NCBI GenBank assembly: GCA_000092065.1 | Contig: CP000591.1 | Direction: 5' to 3' (one strand) | DNA: 64,000 nt | DNA from: Ostreococcus lucimarinus | Taxonomy: Eukaryota | Shown: piece after piece, positions 29,636 through 38,694 of the stretch | How the letters are laid out: every line of letters starts with the position of its first letter | Numbering within the stretch: the stretch's first letter is position 1 | The notes under the pieces: model-generated | Database searches by the model: none | The model's input: only the letters and a program-made list of their open reading frames with translations | What the model was told of the DNA's origin: nothing | Program-made: the position numbers and the translations under genes

Positions 29636-30511
29636 CTAATTGTGGGTCAACATGTCCGCCGTCATATATCCAGCGTCGCCGAGACATCGCAGCGAAACGC
29701 CGCCGTCGCCGCGGACCTCGACCCGAGTGATCGAACCGTTGTACAGACCGATGCGCAACCACGCGTCCGGTGGAAGCTGAAGCGCGCGCAAAACGGAGTA
29801 CCGAATGACGTTACCGTGACAGACGACGATTTCGTGCTCTGGCGGCGGCGGCTTCGTCGCCGCCGACGACGGCGACGGCGCTCGGTGGAACGTCTCGCGA
29901 AATCCAGCCTCGATTCGCGGAGCGTCCGTGACGTGCACGTGCTCAGCTTGCCTCCAAGTGTCCGGTTCTGGACGCACGGGCGCGCCCTCGCGAATCAATT
30001 CGCTCGATTTACGCGTCGCGTTCGGAAACGCCTCTGCTGCTATGATATCCGCCGTCTCCTTCGCCCTCACCATCGTACTGTGCGTCATCTTCACCGACGC
30101 CGTCGACGGAATGAGTTCCTTCAATCGTCGCGCCGTGAAGCTCGCTTGTTTACGACCCAAATCCGTGAGTTTGCGCTCGCCGTCCGCCGCGGCGTCGGTT
30201 TCGGGCGTCTCCTCCGTCGCCTGGCCGTGTCGCACGAGCCAATACACTTTCGTCGGCGCCGCGGACGCCGCGACGGAGTCACTTGGAGTTGGATCACCAC
30301 CGCTCGAACGCCCGTCCCAGTTCCAGTCCCAGGACGTGCGCGCGCGCGCGTCCACGATGATTTTTCGTTTCGACAACCGCGCGGCTTCCGCAGCCGCGAC
30401 CGACGGCTCGGCGCGCGCGTGCGGCGAGACGGCGACGCCTTGGACGCCTAAACCGGCGCACACGGACGCGAACGCGATCGAGGCGAGACCGCGCGCGCGC
30501 GCGCTCGTCAT
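29636..30511 (-). CDS. PGAM5-like histidine-phosphatase-family Ser/Thr phosphatase with N-terminal TM anchor
   Basis: N-terminal anchor ASIAFASVCAGLG, WDWNWDGR motif (PGAM5 WDxNWD multimerisation motif), catalytic LVRHGQ (RHG), LTDLGRKQA and the C-terminal HGNVIRY. Confidence 0.7.
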   Translation of the reverse strand: MTSARARGLASIAFASVCAGLGVQGVAVSPHARAEPSVAAAEAARLSKRKIIVDARARTSWDWNWDGRSSGGDPTPSDSVAASAAPTKVYWLVRHGQATEETPETDAAADGERKLTDLGRKQASFTARRLKELIPSTASVKMTHSTMVRAKETADIIAAEAFPNATRKSSELIREGAPVRPEPDTWRQAEHVHVTDAPRIEAGFRETFHRAPSPSSAATKPPPPEHEIVVCHGNVIRYSVLRALQLPPDAWLRIGLYNGSITRVEVRGDGGVSLRCLGDAGYMTADMLTHN

Positions 30512-30626
30512 GGGCTCGTACGAGCGTCGACGAGTGCGGGCGGTGAAAAATTCAGAAAAATTCAACGTCGTGATATTAAAGGTTAAAGGTACAGGCGCGG
30601 CCGGACGCACGGGCTAAAGACTAGGA

Positions 30627-32858
30627 CTAACTGTCTTCAAACTTTTCCACGGATGCTGTCCTCTTGGCGTGCGCCAACTCCAGTACGACGTGGGAGACGC
30701 CCGAGACGCTCAAGTCTTCGTCGATGACTTGCGGGAGGAACTTTTCTCCGAGCAAGTCCATGAGTGCGCGGTTATCGGGGTCGGTGTTGTGCACGCGGAT
30801 GGTTTTCCCGACGTCCGCGTATCGCACGTACAGTGAATTCAGCGCGGCGAGGGAGGAGTAATCCTTGATCTTGCACTTGTCCATGTAAATCACGACGTCT
30901 CGTGGATCCGGTCCCATGCGGAACGAGTTTGTAAACTCGCGATCGGTGCCAAAGAAAAGCTCCCCGTAAACTTCGTACGCCACGCGCGTTGTGCCTTTTT
31001 CGCATCCAAATATTTCTTCTTCGCGACGAATGACTCGCAAAGACCCAGTGGAGTTGTCCCACGCGTAGAATAAGCACGCGACGACGACCCCGACGCCGAC
31101 TGCGATGGCCAAGTTGGTTCGCTCGGTGACGACGGTGACTAAGATGATGATGGCGGAATCTTTCCAGCGAATGCGATCGTTCGTATCGAACCAGAACTTG
31201 CGTAGACGACGACCGGCGTAATCTTCGCGCGTGCCATCCTCCTTGCGCCCAATAATCAATCCCTTAAGATCGCCGGACATGAGCGGCAAGCACGTCCAGT
31301 CAAAGGTGTAAATGACAATCATGAACAAAACTCCCGTCAACGCGGCGAGAGGGATAAGCTCGATCACCTTGGATGCGGCGACGATGAAAATCAAGAACAT
31401 AATCGAGGCAAAAGCAGTAGATAAGCGTCCGACGCCGCCAGATTTGACGTTGATCTGCGATTGCCCAATCATGGCGTCGCCGCCCATCGCCTTGAACATG
31501 CCAGACATCGTGTTCGCAATGCCTTGCGCGATGCACTCTTGCGTGAATCTACCGGTGGCATCCGAGGTGTCGTCCAAAATTTCGTCAACGCACTGAAGCG
31601 TGAGCACGGACTCGATCAAACCCACCGCGGCGAGGGAAAACGTGATCCCGAACACGTGCGCAAAGGACTTGCCTGTGAGGTTCACGTTAGGCGTGTGGTA
31701 CAAGGGAAAGTCAACCTTCACCGGTGCGGCATCACTCACGACAGGGGTGTCCGCGTGAATCAAAGGACGATTAATAGCATGTTCCAAGAGCAAGCACCAA
31801 AGAATGGCGACGAGAGATGACGGAAGAATCTTGGTGTACTTTGGCAAGAAGTGCACGATGGCCATCGAGGTAAAGACGTAAAACAACATGAGCCAAGTTG
31901 TTCCTTCATCGAGCGTGCGCCACACCAATGAATCCTCATAGCCACCGTGGATGTCGGCGTTTTTGTTTGCCGAGAACTCGGCGAGCGTGATGGTGCCGCT
32001 GGAGTCGGTGTCGACCTGCGTCTGCAAGGCGGCGACGTACGCGTTCAAGTCGCTCGTCGACAAATCCGGAAGTTCGACGGCGTAAACCGTCGTCACCTCC
32101 GCCGTGCTGATGAGCCCATCACGATTGCTGTCGAAAACATTAAACGCAGCTTGCCAGTCTTTCTCCTTGAACACCTCCAACTGAGCCTTGAAGATGATGA
32201 TGGCCAAGCCGTTGACGAAACCCGTCATGACGGTTTGCGGAATCAGCCGCATGAGTCGTCCAGCCTGCACGATGCCGAGGACGATCTGTAACACCCCGCA
32301 CAAGATCATAATCATGAACAACCACTCTAAGCGCGCTGCGTTGGCCTGATGTCGCAAGCTCTTGCACCCAGCCGCGGCCCCTGTGCACGACGCGATTTCC
32401 CCCCACTCCAGCAGCTTCGCCTGCGGCAGCAAACCGTCCGGTTCCATGATCCTCACCGCCACCACCGCCATCGCTCCCGCGGCGCCGCTCACCATCCCAG
32501 GTCGTCCACCGATCAAAGCGGTGATGATGCCCATGAAAAACGTCGCGTACAACCCCACGACCGGGTCCACGAGCGCGACGAAGGAAAACGCCACCGACTC
32601 GGGCACCTGCGCCACAGCCACCGTGAGCCCGCTCAGGATTTCGCTCTTAAATTTCAACGGCTCGGCGCGATAGTACTCGTACGACTCTCTGAAGTATTTC
32701 GGTCCGCTCAGGAACGTGTCCGAGAACCCGATGCGGTGCGTGAGCTTTTGCATTCCATTCATGGCGGCGACTTTCTCGGCGAGCGCTTTCTCGTGCGCCG
32801 CGTCCTCAAGCGCTTGCTTGGACGGCACGTGGTGCAGAGCATCACCGTCGGGCGTCAT
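30627..32858 (-). CDS. SulP/SLC26-family anion transporter with STAS domain and an inserted EF-hand pair
   Basis: SulP signature SGLTVAVAQVPESVAFSFVALVDPVVGLYATFF, a multi-TM core and a C-terminal STAS domain (VIYMDKCKIKDYSSLAALNSLYVRYADVGKTIRV). Two canonical 12-residue Ca-binding loops, DSNRDGLISTAE and DTDSSGTITLAE, sit in one loop. The track start is TTG at 32924; the first ATG is 32858. Confidence 0.85.
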   Translation of the reverse strand: MTPDGDALHHVPSKQALEDAAHEKALAEKVAAMNGMQKLTHRIGFSDTFLSGPKYFRESYEYYRAEPLKFKSEILSGLTVAVAQVPESVAFSFVALVDPVVGLYATFFMGIITALIGGRPGMVSGAAGAMAVVAVRIMEPDGLLPQAKLLEWGEIASCTGAAAGCKSLRHQANAARLEWLFMIMILCGVLQIVLGIVQAGRLMRLIPQTVMTGFVNGLAIIIFKAQLEVFKEKDWQAAFNVFDSNRDGLISTAEVTTVYAVELPDLSTSDLNAYVAALQTQVDTDSSGTITLAEFSANKNADIHGGYEDSLVWRTLDEGTTWLMLFYVFTSMAIVHFLPKYTKILPSSLVAILWCLLLEHAINRPLIHADTPVVSDAAPVKVDFPLYHTPNVNLTGKSFAHVFGITFSLAAVGLIESVLTLQCVDEILDDTSDATGRFTQECIAQGIANTMSGMFKAMGGDAMIGQSQINVKSGGVGRLSTAFASIMFLIFIVAASKVIELIPLAALTGVLFMIVIYTFDWTCLPLMSGDLKGLIIGRKEDGTREDYAGRRLRKFWFDTNDRIRWKDSAIIILVTVVTERTNLAIAVGVGVVVACLFYAWDNSTGSLRVIRREEEIFGCEKGTTRVAYEVYGELFFGTDREFTNSFRMGPDPRDVVIYMDKCKIKDYSSLAALNSLYVRYADVGKTIRVHNTDPDNRALMDLLGEKFLPQVIDEDLSVSGVSHVVLELAHAKRTASVEKFEDS

Positions 32859-33260
32859 GACGTCGCAATCCTCGCGAAATGTCGCGTTCGCGGCGTTCGA
32901 CGCGCGGGATAGTGCCGGGGACAAGATGCAGAGTGTTTTGGATAGCCGACGCGCGCGCCGTCGCTCGTCGCGAAACGCGCGGCGCGGACGGAGCGCAGCG
33001 CGGACGCGCGGGACGCGGAACGAAGAAACGGAGCGGACGCACGTCTCGAGTTTTCAGTTTTCGCGCCCTCACCGGCGCGCGTTTTAAAATTTCAACCTTC
33101 TACCGTTCGGAGCGAGCTAAACTCCCATCCGGACCGAGACGCGTAGACGCGTCGTCGTCGTCGTCGTCGTCGCGAACGAGCGAGCGAACGAGCAAACGCG
33201 CGACGAACGGTTTACGTCCCATCTCGAGTGTTTCACGTCAACCACCGTCCGAGCGGTCGT

Positions 33261-33802
33261 TTACGCGGCGCACTTCACGCGACCCGCCTTGTTGATGGCG
33301 GAGATGCGAGCGAGCGCGGCTTTCTACGAATCGAACGCGTTTCGCGCACCCGTCAGTCATCGGATTCCGTCGCCGTCGCGCGCGCGCACCGCCTCCATCG
33401 TCGCGCGCGTCCATCCCGCGCGAACGTCCTGTCCCGCGTGTTACGCGTGTCACGCGCGTTACGCGTCGCGTCCTCCTCGAAAACCCTAAACGATCGCACC
33501 TCCAAGTCCGGTCGCGCCTTCGCCGCGATCTTCACCTCGCCCGCCTGCGACTTGAACGACCCGCACAATTTCTTCCCATCGCACGTCGCCGCCGGCTTCC
33601 CCTTCCCGCCGTCGTGCTCGCGAATATCGATCGTCTTCGCGTTCGCCAGCCCGCTCGCGCGGAACGACACCTCCGCGGTCACGTTGCCCGGTTCCGCGCT
33701 GAATCGCGCGCCGTGTCCGCTCGTCGACGCGCGCGTGAACGCGTTGTGTTTCTTCGTCACCTGCCACAGGAAGTCATCGCTCGCGGGGACGTGGGAGATC
33801 AT
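33261..33802 (-). CDS. RPL28: 60S ribosomal protein eL28, exons 33802..33500 and 33323..33261
   Basis: MISHVPASDDFLWQVTKKHNAFTRASTSGHGARFSAEPGNVTAEVSFRASGLANAKT aligns to human RPL28 ([44 protein letters not shown]). The unspliced reading frame turns to low-complexity sequence after RPDLE. Splicing gives RPDLE|KAALARISAINKAGRVKCAA*, matching [20 protein letters not shown]. Confidence 0.75.
33324..33499 (-). other. spliceosomal intron (predicted, 176 nt, phase 0) containing a telobox motif
   Basis: Minus-strand donor GAG|GTGCGATCGTTTAGGGTTTTCGAG, branch-like GATGACTGACGGG, acceptor TTCGTAG|AAA. The 5' end of the intron carries TTTAGGGTTT (plus strand AAACCCTAAA at 33482..33491). Confidence 0.7.
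33482..33491 (+). promoter_or_regulatory. telobox motif AAACCCTAAA in eL28 first intron (candidate cis-element)
   Basis: Exact AAACCCTAAA lies on the plus strand (TTTAGGGTTT on the gene strand), 8 nt inside the intron of the ribosomal protein eL28 gene. In plants, telo-boxes in ribosomal-protein gene 5' regions and introns are bound by TRB proteins (established knowledge). Function here is an inference. Confidence 0.3.
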
Positions 33803-34185
33803 CGCGTTCGCGCGTTCGCGTCGCGGAGAGACGGCGCGCGGCATCGGCGCGCGGGCGACGACGCGCTGGACCCTAATCACACTCGCGCGCGGCGCCGGAC
33901 CTCGCGTCGTTTCGCGAGACGCGTCGATCGACGCGACGCGACGCCCGCGACGCGACTTCCGCGCGCGACTTCCGAGCGAATTTTCGCGATGGCGATCGAT
34001 AAATTGATGATGATCTCGGGCGCGGGCACGGTGCGCGACGACGCGAACGCGCGAACGCGCGAACGCGCAAATTTGCAAATTCGCGATTTCATCGCGACGG
34101 CGGTGCTGACGCGACGTCGTCCGCGACGCGCGCGACGACTGACGACGCGCGGGCGCGCGCGCGATAGCTGTCCTACGGCGTGCAG

Positions 34186-34581
34186 ATGAAATTCATGCCC
34201 AAAGTGGCGAGTAAGATGTACTGGAAAGAGGTGCGCGCGACGGCGCGCGCGAACGCGAACGCGAACGACCGCGATCGATCGTTCGACTGACGGTTGGGCG
34301 TCGCGCCGCAGGGCGAACGAAACAACATCGACACCGTGCAGAGCGGATGGTTGGGCACCGTGCTCTTGGGCTCGGGCGCGCTGCAAGTCATGTCCGCGCT
34401 GGACGGCGAGTGCACGAAGAACCAAATGGGCGGCGCCGCGCTCGCGTGGGCGGTGACGCTTCCGGAATACGTCGCGCAGCGCGACGACTTCAAGGGACCG
34501 ATGCTCTACGCGAACACGGCGATGGCCACCGCGCTGACCGCGGTGCTCGTCAAGTCGTACTTGGATAAGCGGGACAAGTGA
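34186..34581 (+). CDS. small two-exon protein with hydrophobic segment (unassigned), exons 34186..34230 and 34312..34581
   Basis: Exon 1 MKFMPKVASKMYWKE is followed by an 81-nt intron with the same GTGCGCGCG...ACTGACGG...CAG signature as the homology-validated introns. Exon 2 GERNNIDTVQSGWLGTVLLGSGALQVMSALDG... keeps the frame. Predicted from splice signals only. Confidence 0.4.
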
Positions 34582-34711
34582 TCGCGATGACGACGTCCGC
34601 GCGCGGGTCGAGTCGTCGACGGCGCGAAATCAGACCGCGACGAACGCGTTCGATCCCAAAGCGTCTCGCGAGTCTACAATAAAAGTTTACTTTACGTTTG
34701 TCGCACCTCGA

Positions 34712-34724
34712 CACGTCGACGCGA

Positions 34725-34752
<28 letters not shown>
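34712..34752. repeat. (GACGC)7 microsatellite upstream of UAP1
   Basis: cgacgcgacgcgacgcgacgcgacgcgacgcgacgcgcgg lies immediately 5' of the UAP1 ATG (34760). Confidence 0.6.
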
Positions 34753-34755
<3 letters not shown>

Positions 34756-34759
34756 GATC

Positions 34760-36223
34760 ATGGGATGCGCGAGCAGTAAGTCGTCGTCGCTGACGCTCGC
34801 GCGCGCGCGCTACGCGAGTTTACCCGGACCGGAACAAAAAACAATCGTGGGCGCGCTCGAGCGCGCGGCGACGAGTGATGCGGACGCCGCGAGGCTGTGC
34901 GCGGCGTTGGCGAACGTCGAGTGCGAACGCGCGGTCGACGTGTTTCAGCGCAGCGCGCTGGCGCACGAGACGTCGACGTCGGGGACTTTGGAACCGGTGC
35001 GGTGCGATTGCGAGATCGTCCCGGGGAGCGACGACGCCGAGCGGTGGCGTCGACGCGGATTGGAGTGCGTGAAGCGAGGGAAGCTCGCGGTGGTGCTCCT
35101 GGCGGGAGGTCAAGGGACGAGATTAGGAAGCGCGAATCCAAAAGGGATGTACGACATCGGGCTGCCGAGCAAGAAAACGCTGTTTGAACTGCAGGGCGAA
35201 CGGTTGGCCAAGCTCGGCGCGCTCGCGGGCGCGCGAGCGCCGACGTGGTACGTGATGACTTCGCCGTTTACGCACGACGCGACGGTGGCGTTTTTTAAGT
35301 CGCGCGATTACTTTGGTTTAAATGCTCGAGACGTGGTGTTCTTCAAGCAAGGCACGCTGCCGTGCTTCACCGAAGATGGGGAAATCATATTGAAATCTTT
35401 CGGCGAAGTCTCCGAGGCGCCCGACGGCAACGGCGGTATTTACGCCGCGATGGCGCGCGAAGGCGTCATCGCGGACATGCGGAAGCGGAAGATCGAACAC
35501 GTGTACGCGTACTGTGTGGATAACGCCCTGGTGCAAGTCGGCGATCCAACTTTTGTGGGGTGCTGCGTCGAGCGCGAATGCGAGGCGGGCGCCAAGGTGA
35601 TCGCCAAGGCGTACCCGACGGAGCCCGTGGGCGTGTTCGCGTGTCGCAAAAACGAAGCCACCGGGGCGAAGGAGTATCACGTCGTCGAATACAGCGAGAT
35701 TCCCGAATCTTTGGCCACGGCGAAGGACAAGAAAACGGGCGAGCTTAAATTCAACGCCGCCAACATCGCGTTGCATTATTTCTCATTTGACTTTTTGTCG
35801 AGGTGCTGCTTGGACATCGCGCTCCCGCACCACGTCGCGCGCAAAAAGATCCCGTACTTGGACGTGAACACGGGAAAAACTATCGAACCATCGTCGCCGA
35901 ACGGCATCAAGCTCGAGGCTTTCATCTTCGACACGTACAAGTACGCGAAATCCGTGTGCGTCGTCCGCGGCGACCGCGCGCTCGATTTCGCCCCCGTGAA
36001 GAACGCCGAGGGCGCGGGCAAGGATTCCCCCGACACCGCCCGCGAGGCGATATTATCCCTCCACGCGCGTTGGATTTTACAAGCCGGCGGCGTCATCGTC
36101 GACGAAAACGACGTCCCCGTCCCCACCGACCGCGCTCGGTGCGAAGTCTCTCCCGCCGTCTCCTACGCCGGCGAGTCCCTCGCGTCTCGCCTTCGCGTTC
36201 GCGTCGGCGGCGTCGTCCGATGA
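34760..36223 (+). CDS. UAP1: UDP-N-acetylglucosamine pyrophosphorylase (UAP1 family)
   Basis: LAVVLLAGGQGTRLGSANPKGMYDIGLPSKKTLFELQGERL reproduces the UAP1 nucleotide-binding signature. The rest is collinear with eukaryotic UAP1. The N-terminus MGCASSK is a myristoylation-type motif. Confidence 0.85.
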   Translation: MGCASSKSSSLTLARARYASLPGPEQKTIVGALERAATSDADAARLCAALANVECERAVDVFQRSALAHETSTSGTLEPVRCDCEIVPGSDDAERWRRRGLECVKRGKLAVVLLAGGQGTRLGSANPKGMYDIGLPSKKTLFELQGERLAKLGALAGARAPTWYVMTSPFTHDATVAFFKSRDYFGLNARDVVFFKQGTLPCFTEDGEIILKSFGEVSEAPDGNGGIYAAMAREGVIADMRKRKIEHVYAYCVDNALVQVGDPTFVGCCVERECEAGAKVIAKAYPTEPVGVFACRKNEATGAKEYHVVEYSEIPESLATAKDKKTGELKFNAANIALHYFSFDFLSRCCLDIALPHHVARKKIPYLDVNTGKTIEPSSPNGIKLEAFIFDTYKYAKSVCVVRGDRALDFAPVKNAEGAGKDSPDTAREAILSLHARWILQAGGVIVDENDVPVPTDRARCEVSPAVSYAGESLASRLRVRVGGVVR

Positions 36224-36627
36224 TGACGCTCTGCCCCACCCCTCGTCGCGGTCCGTTGAATCTCTAATATTTTCGCCTTAAATTTTAGAGTTCGTTGGCG
36301 TCCCTCGCCTCTCTCCCGCTCGTCCGTCTCTCGCGCGCGTCCCGCGTCCCGCCCGCCCGCGCCCGCAGACGCAGACGCGCGGCGACCTCGAGTTCGCCGG
36401 CGATTCGTTCGGCGCGAACGAGCTGGCGTGGAGCGAGCGACGCGCGTGTGCGTCGAGTGTAGCTAATCACACACACCGCGTCGCGCCGCATCGCGCGGGG
36501 CGGTGGTCGTCGAGCGTCTCGACGACGCGCCGGGCATCGATCGACGCCGCGCCGCTCGGATTCGGATTCGAATTCGGACTCGCGTCGCGCGCTCGACGCG
36601 CGGCGCGCGACCGGCGAGCGATCGGGC

Positions 36628-38433
36628 ATGACGTCATCGATGCCCGCGCCGCCCGAGACGCCGAGGGACTGCCCGCTGTGCTGCAACGAGATGGACGCGA
36701 CGGATCGAAGGTTTCGGCCGTGCCGCTGCGGGTACCAGATCTGCGCGTGGTGCTGGCATCAATTGATGGAATTGGCGTCCAAAGACGACGCCAAGGGGCG
36801 GTGCCCGGCGTGCAGGACGGAATACGACGAGGACGCCATCTCGTTCGACGCGGTGCCGGAGGAGGAGCTGGCGGCGAACGCGCAAAGGGCGAAGAAGCGA
36901 GAGGGTAAGGCGGGCGCGGCGAACGCGAACGCGAACGGAACGAACGGAATCAAGGCGGGGAGCGGGACGGGAGCGAACGCGGCGCAGTCGCAGTCGAGGA
37001 AACACTTGCAAAACGTGCGAGTGATACAGCGTAATTTAGTCTACGTCGTGGGGTTGAGCGCGAGGTGTTGCAAGGAGGAAGTGTTGAGGAAGAATGACTT
37101 CTTCGGCAAGTACGGGAAAATCCTTAAACTGCAAGTGTCGGTGAATCGAAACGGGAGTTCGTCGTACGCGGGGAGGAACGCGGATGACACCGGGAGCGCG
37201 TACGTGACGTTTTACGAAGAAAACGACGCGATGCAGTGCATTCAACACATTGACGGGACGCCGCTCGACGGGAGGATTTTACGCGCGTGCTTCGGGACGA
37301 CAAAGTATTGCAACGCGTTTCTGAAGTATCAGCCGTGCAACAATCCGGATTGCCTGTACTTGCACGACATAGGACGAGATAACGATTCATTCACCAAGGA
37401 AGAGATGCTCGCGCACTACGGCACCAAGCACCAAAGTTTTCAAGAGGCGACGAGGGTCGCGTCCGAGAGCGGGGGGTCGACGCTGGAACGCGTGTCCAGC
37501 TTGAGTTCAATTCCGGTGCCACTGCCGACTGGAGCCGCGCGCGTGCCCCAGCCGAGAGTGGCGCCGCCCGCGCCGCCGGCGGGACCTCCGCCACCGAGCG
37601 CTATCGGCGTCGGAGTACCGGTGGCGAGCGCTTGGCCGAGTTTGGGAAGCAGCAAGGCGCCGCCGCCGGCGCCACCGCCGGCGCCACCGCCGTCCGCCAC
37701 CGCGAGCGCGGCGACGGCGTCCGCGGCGCCAAAGGTGGCATCTATTCCCGCGCCGCGCGTCCCCGCGCCGCGCACGGGCGGCGTGTGCCCTGTGCGTCCG
37801 ATGGCGTCCGCCGCTGGGGGATGGGGACAGGCGAACCAGTCTCTCGGCGTGTTCGGCGGCCCGTCCGTGGCGTCGCAAGCGAGCGCGTCGAACCCGAGCG
37901 GTGGTGCGTCGAACTCGAACTCAACCACCGCGGCGCCGAAGACGAAGAACGGCTTCGCGTTACCGCAGCCGCGTAAAGTCGCGGGCGCGTCCTCCGGGGT
38001 GCGTGGGCCGTCGCCAAAGACGGCTTCGCAGAGCGACGGCGACGCGGGCTCGGAAGCGGCGAGACCGGCGGGCGACGGGGCGGCAGGGGACTCTTTTCCG
38101 GACGCGTTATTTACGGATGCGTTCAATTCGAGCCTAGACTTTGATCCGAGTGCGGTGCTTCGCAAGCACACAGGGGCGTCGGCGGCGCCGACGTCTCCGG
38201 CGGAGCAGCCGAGAGCGTCGAGATTTGGCTTCGCCCTCGAGGCGCAATCCCCGGGGCAGTGTCCCGTGGCGCACGGTGCGGGGAAGAATGGCGAATCTAT
38301 TCTTCGTGGGATCTTGCCCCCTGGGGCGAACGTGCGCATCTCGAGCAGCACGGAATCGTTGAGTGGCGGCGAGCAGGCGCTGCCCGCGCCGAGACGCGGA
38401 CCTCCGCCGGGATTTGGAGGTTCCGAGGCTTAA
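36628..38433 (+). CDS. CNOT4: CCR4-NOT complex subunit 4 (Not4 RING E3 ligase with RRM and C3H zinc finger)
   Basis: RING: CPLCCNEMDATDRRFRPCRCGYQICAWCWHQL...GRCPACRTEY. RRM: LVYVVGLS...AYVTFYEENDAMQCIQHIDG. C3H: CNAFLKYQPCNNPDCLYLH. The C-terminal half is low complexity and Pro/Ala-rich. Confidence 0.85.
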   Translation: MTSSMPAPPETPRDCPLCCNEMDATDRRFRPCRCGYQICAWCWHQLMELASKDDAKGRCPACRTEYDEDAISFDAVPEEELAANAQRAKKREGKAGAANANANGTNGIKAGSGTGANAAQSQSRKHLQNVRVIQRNLVYVVGLSARCCKEEVLRKNDFFGKYGKILKLQVSVNRNGSSSYAGRNADDTGSAYVTFYEENDAMQCIQHIDGTPLDGRILRACFGTTKYCNAFLKYQPCNNPDCLYLHDIGRDNDSFTKEEMLAHYGTKHQSFQEATRVASESGGSTLERVSSLSSIPVPLPTGAARVPQPRVAPPAPPAGPPPPSAIGVGVPVASAWPSLGSSKAPPPAPPPAPPPSATASAATASAAPKVASIPAPRVPAPRTGGVCPVRPMASAAGGWGQANQSLGVFGGPSVASQASASNPSGGASNSNSTTAAPKTKNGFALPQPRKVAGASSGVRGPSPKTASQSDGDAGSEAARPAGDGAAGDSFPDALFTDAFNSSLDFDPSAVLRKHTGASAAPTSPAEQPRASRFGFALEAQSPGQCPVAHGAGKNGESILRGILPPGANVRISSSTESLSGGEQALPAPRRGPPPGFGGSEA

Positions 38434-38694
38434 AGCTTATATCATGATAAGTGAGCGCGCGCTTTGATGAAAGCGCGCCAGCAAGAAGCAGAACTGTGTA
38501 TTGCATTGTTGTGTTAGCCATCCATAAACAGACAGACCGTAGATACTCAGACAACGGACGACGCCTCGAGCGGCTGAGGCGTTTTTTGTAATTTCACCAT
38601 CACATTCATCAAAACGGCAACGAGATCGCGAACGACGCGTGCTGGAACGAATGATCTCGATTTCACTTAGTTCACAAGTCTACTGGTTTATTGA

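Noticed and set aside
34294-34311. TTG-initiated ORF 34294..34581 as listed in the ORF track.
   Set aside because: The ORF has no ATG. An upstream 45-nt exon with ATG plus an 81-nt signature intron explains it better.
36540-36575. ggattcggattcgaattcggactcg resembling a tRNA T-loop (TTCGAATCC).
   Set aside because: No acceptor-stem complementarity or anticodon arm can be folded around it. It is a short (GGATTC)n-like repeat in the UAP1/CNOT4 spacer. No tRNA genes were found in the window.
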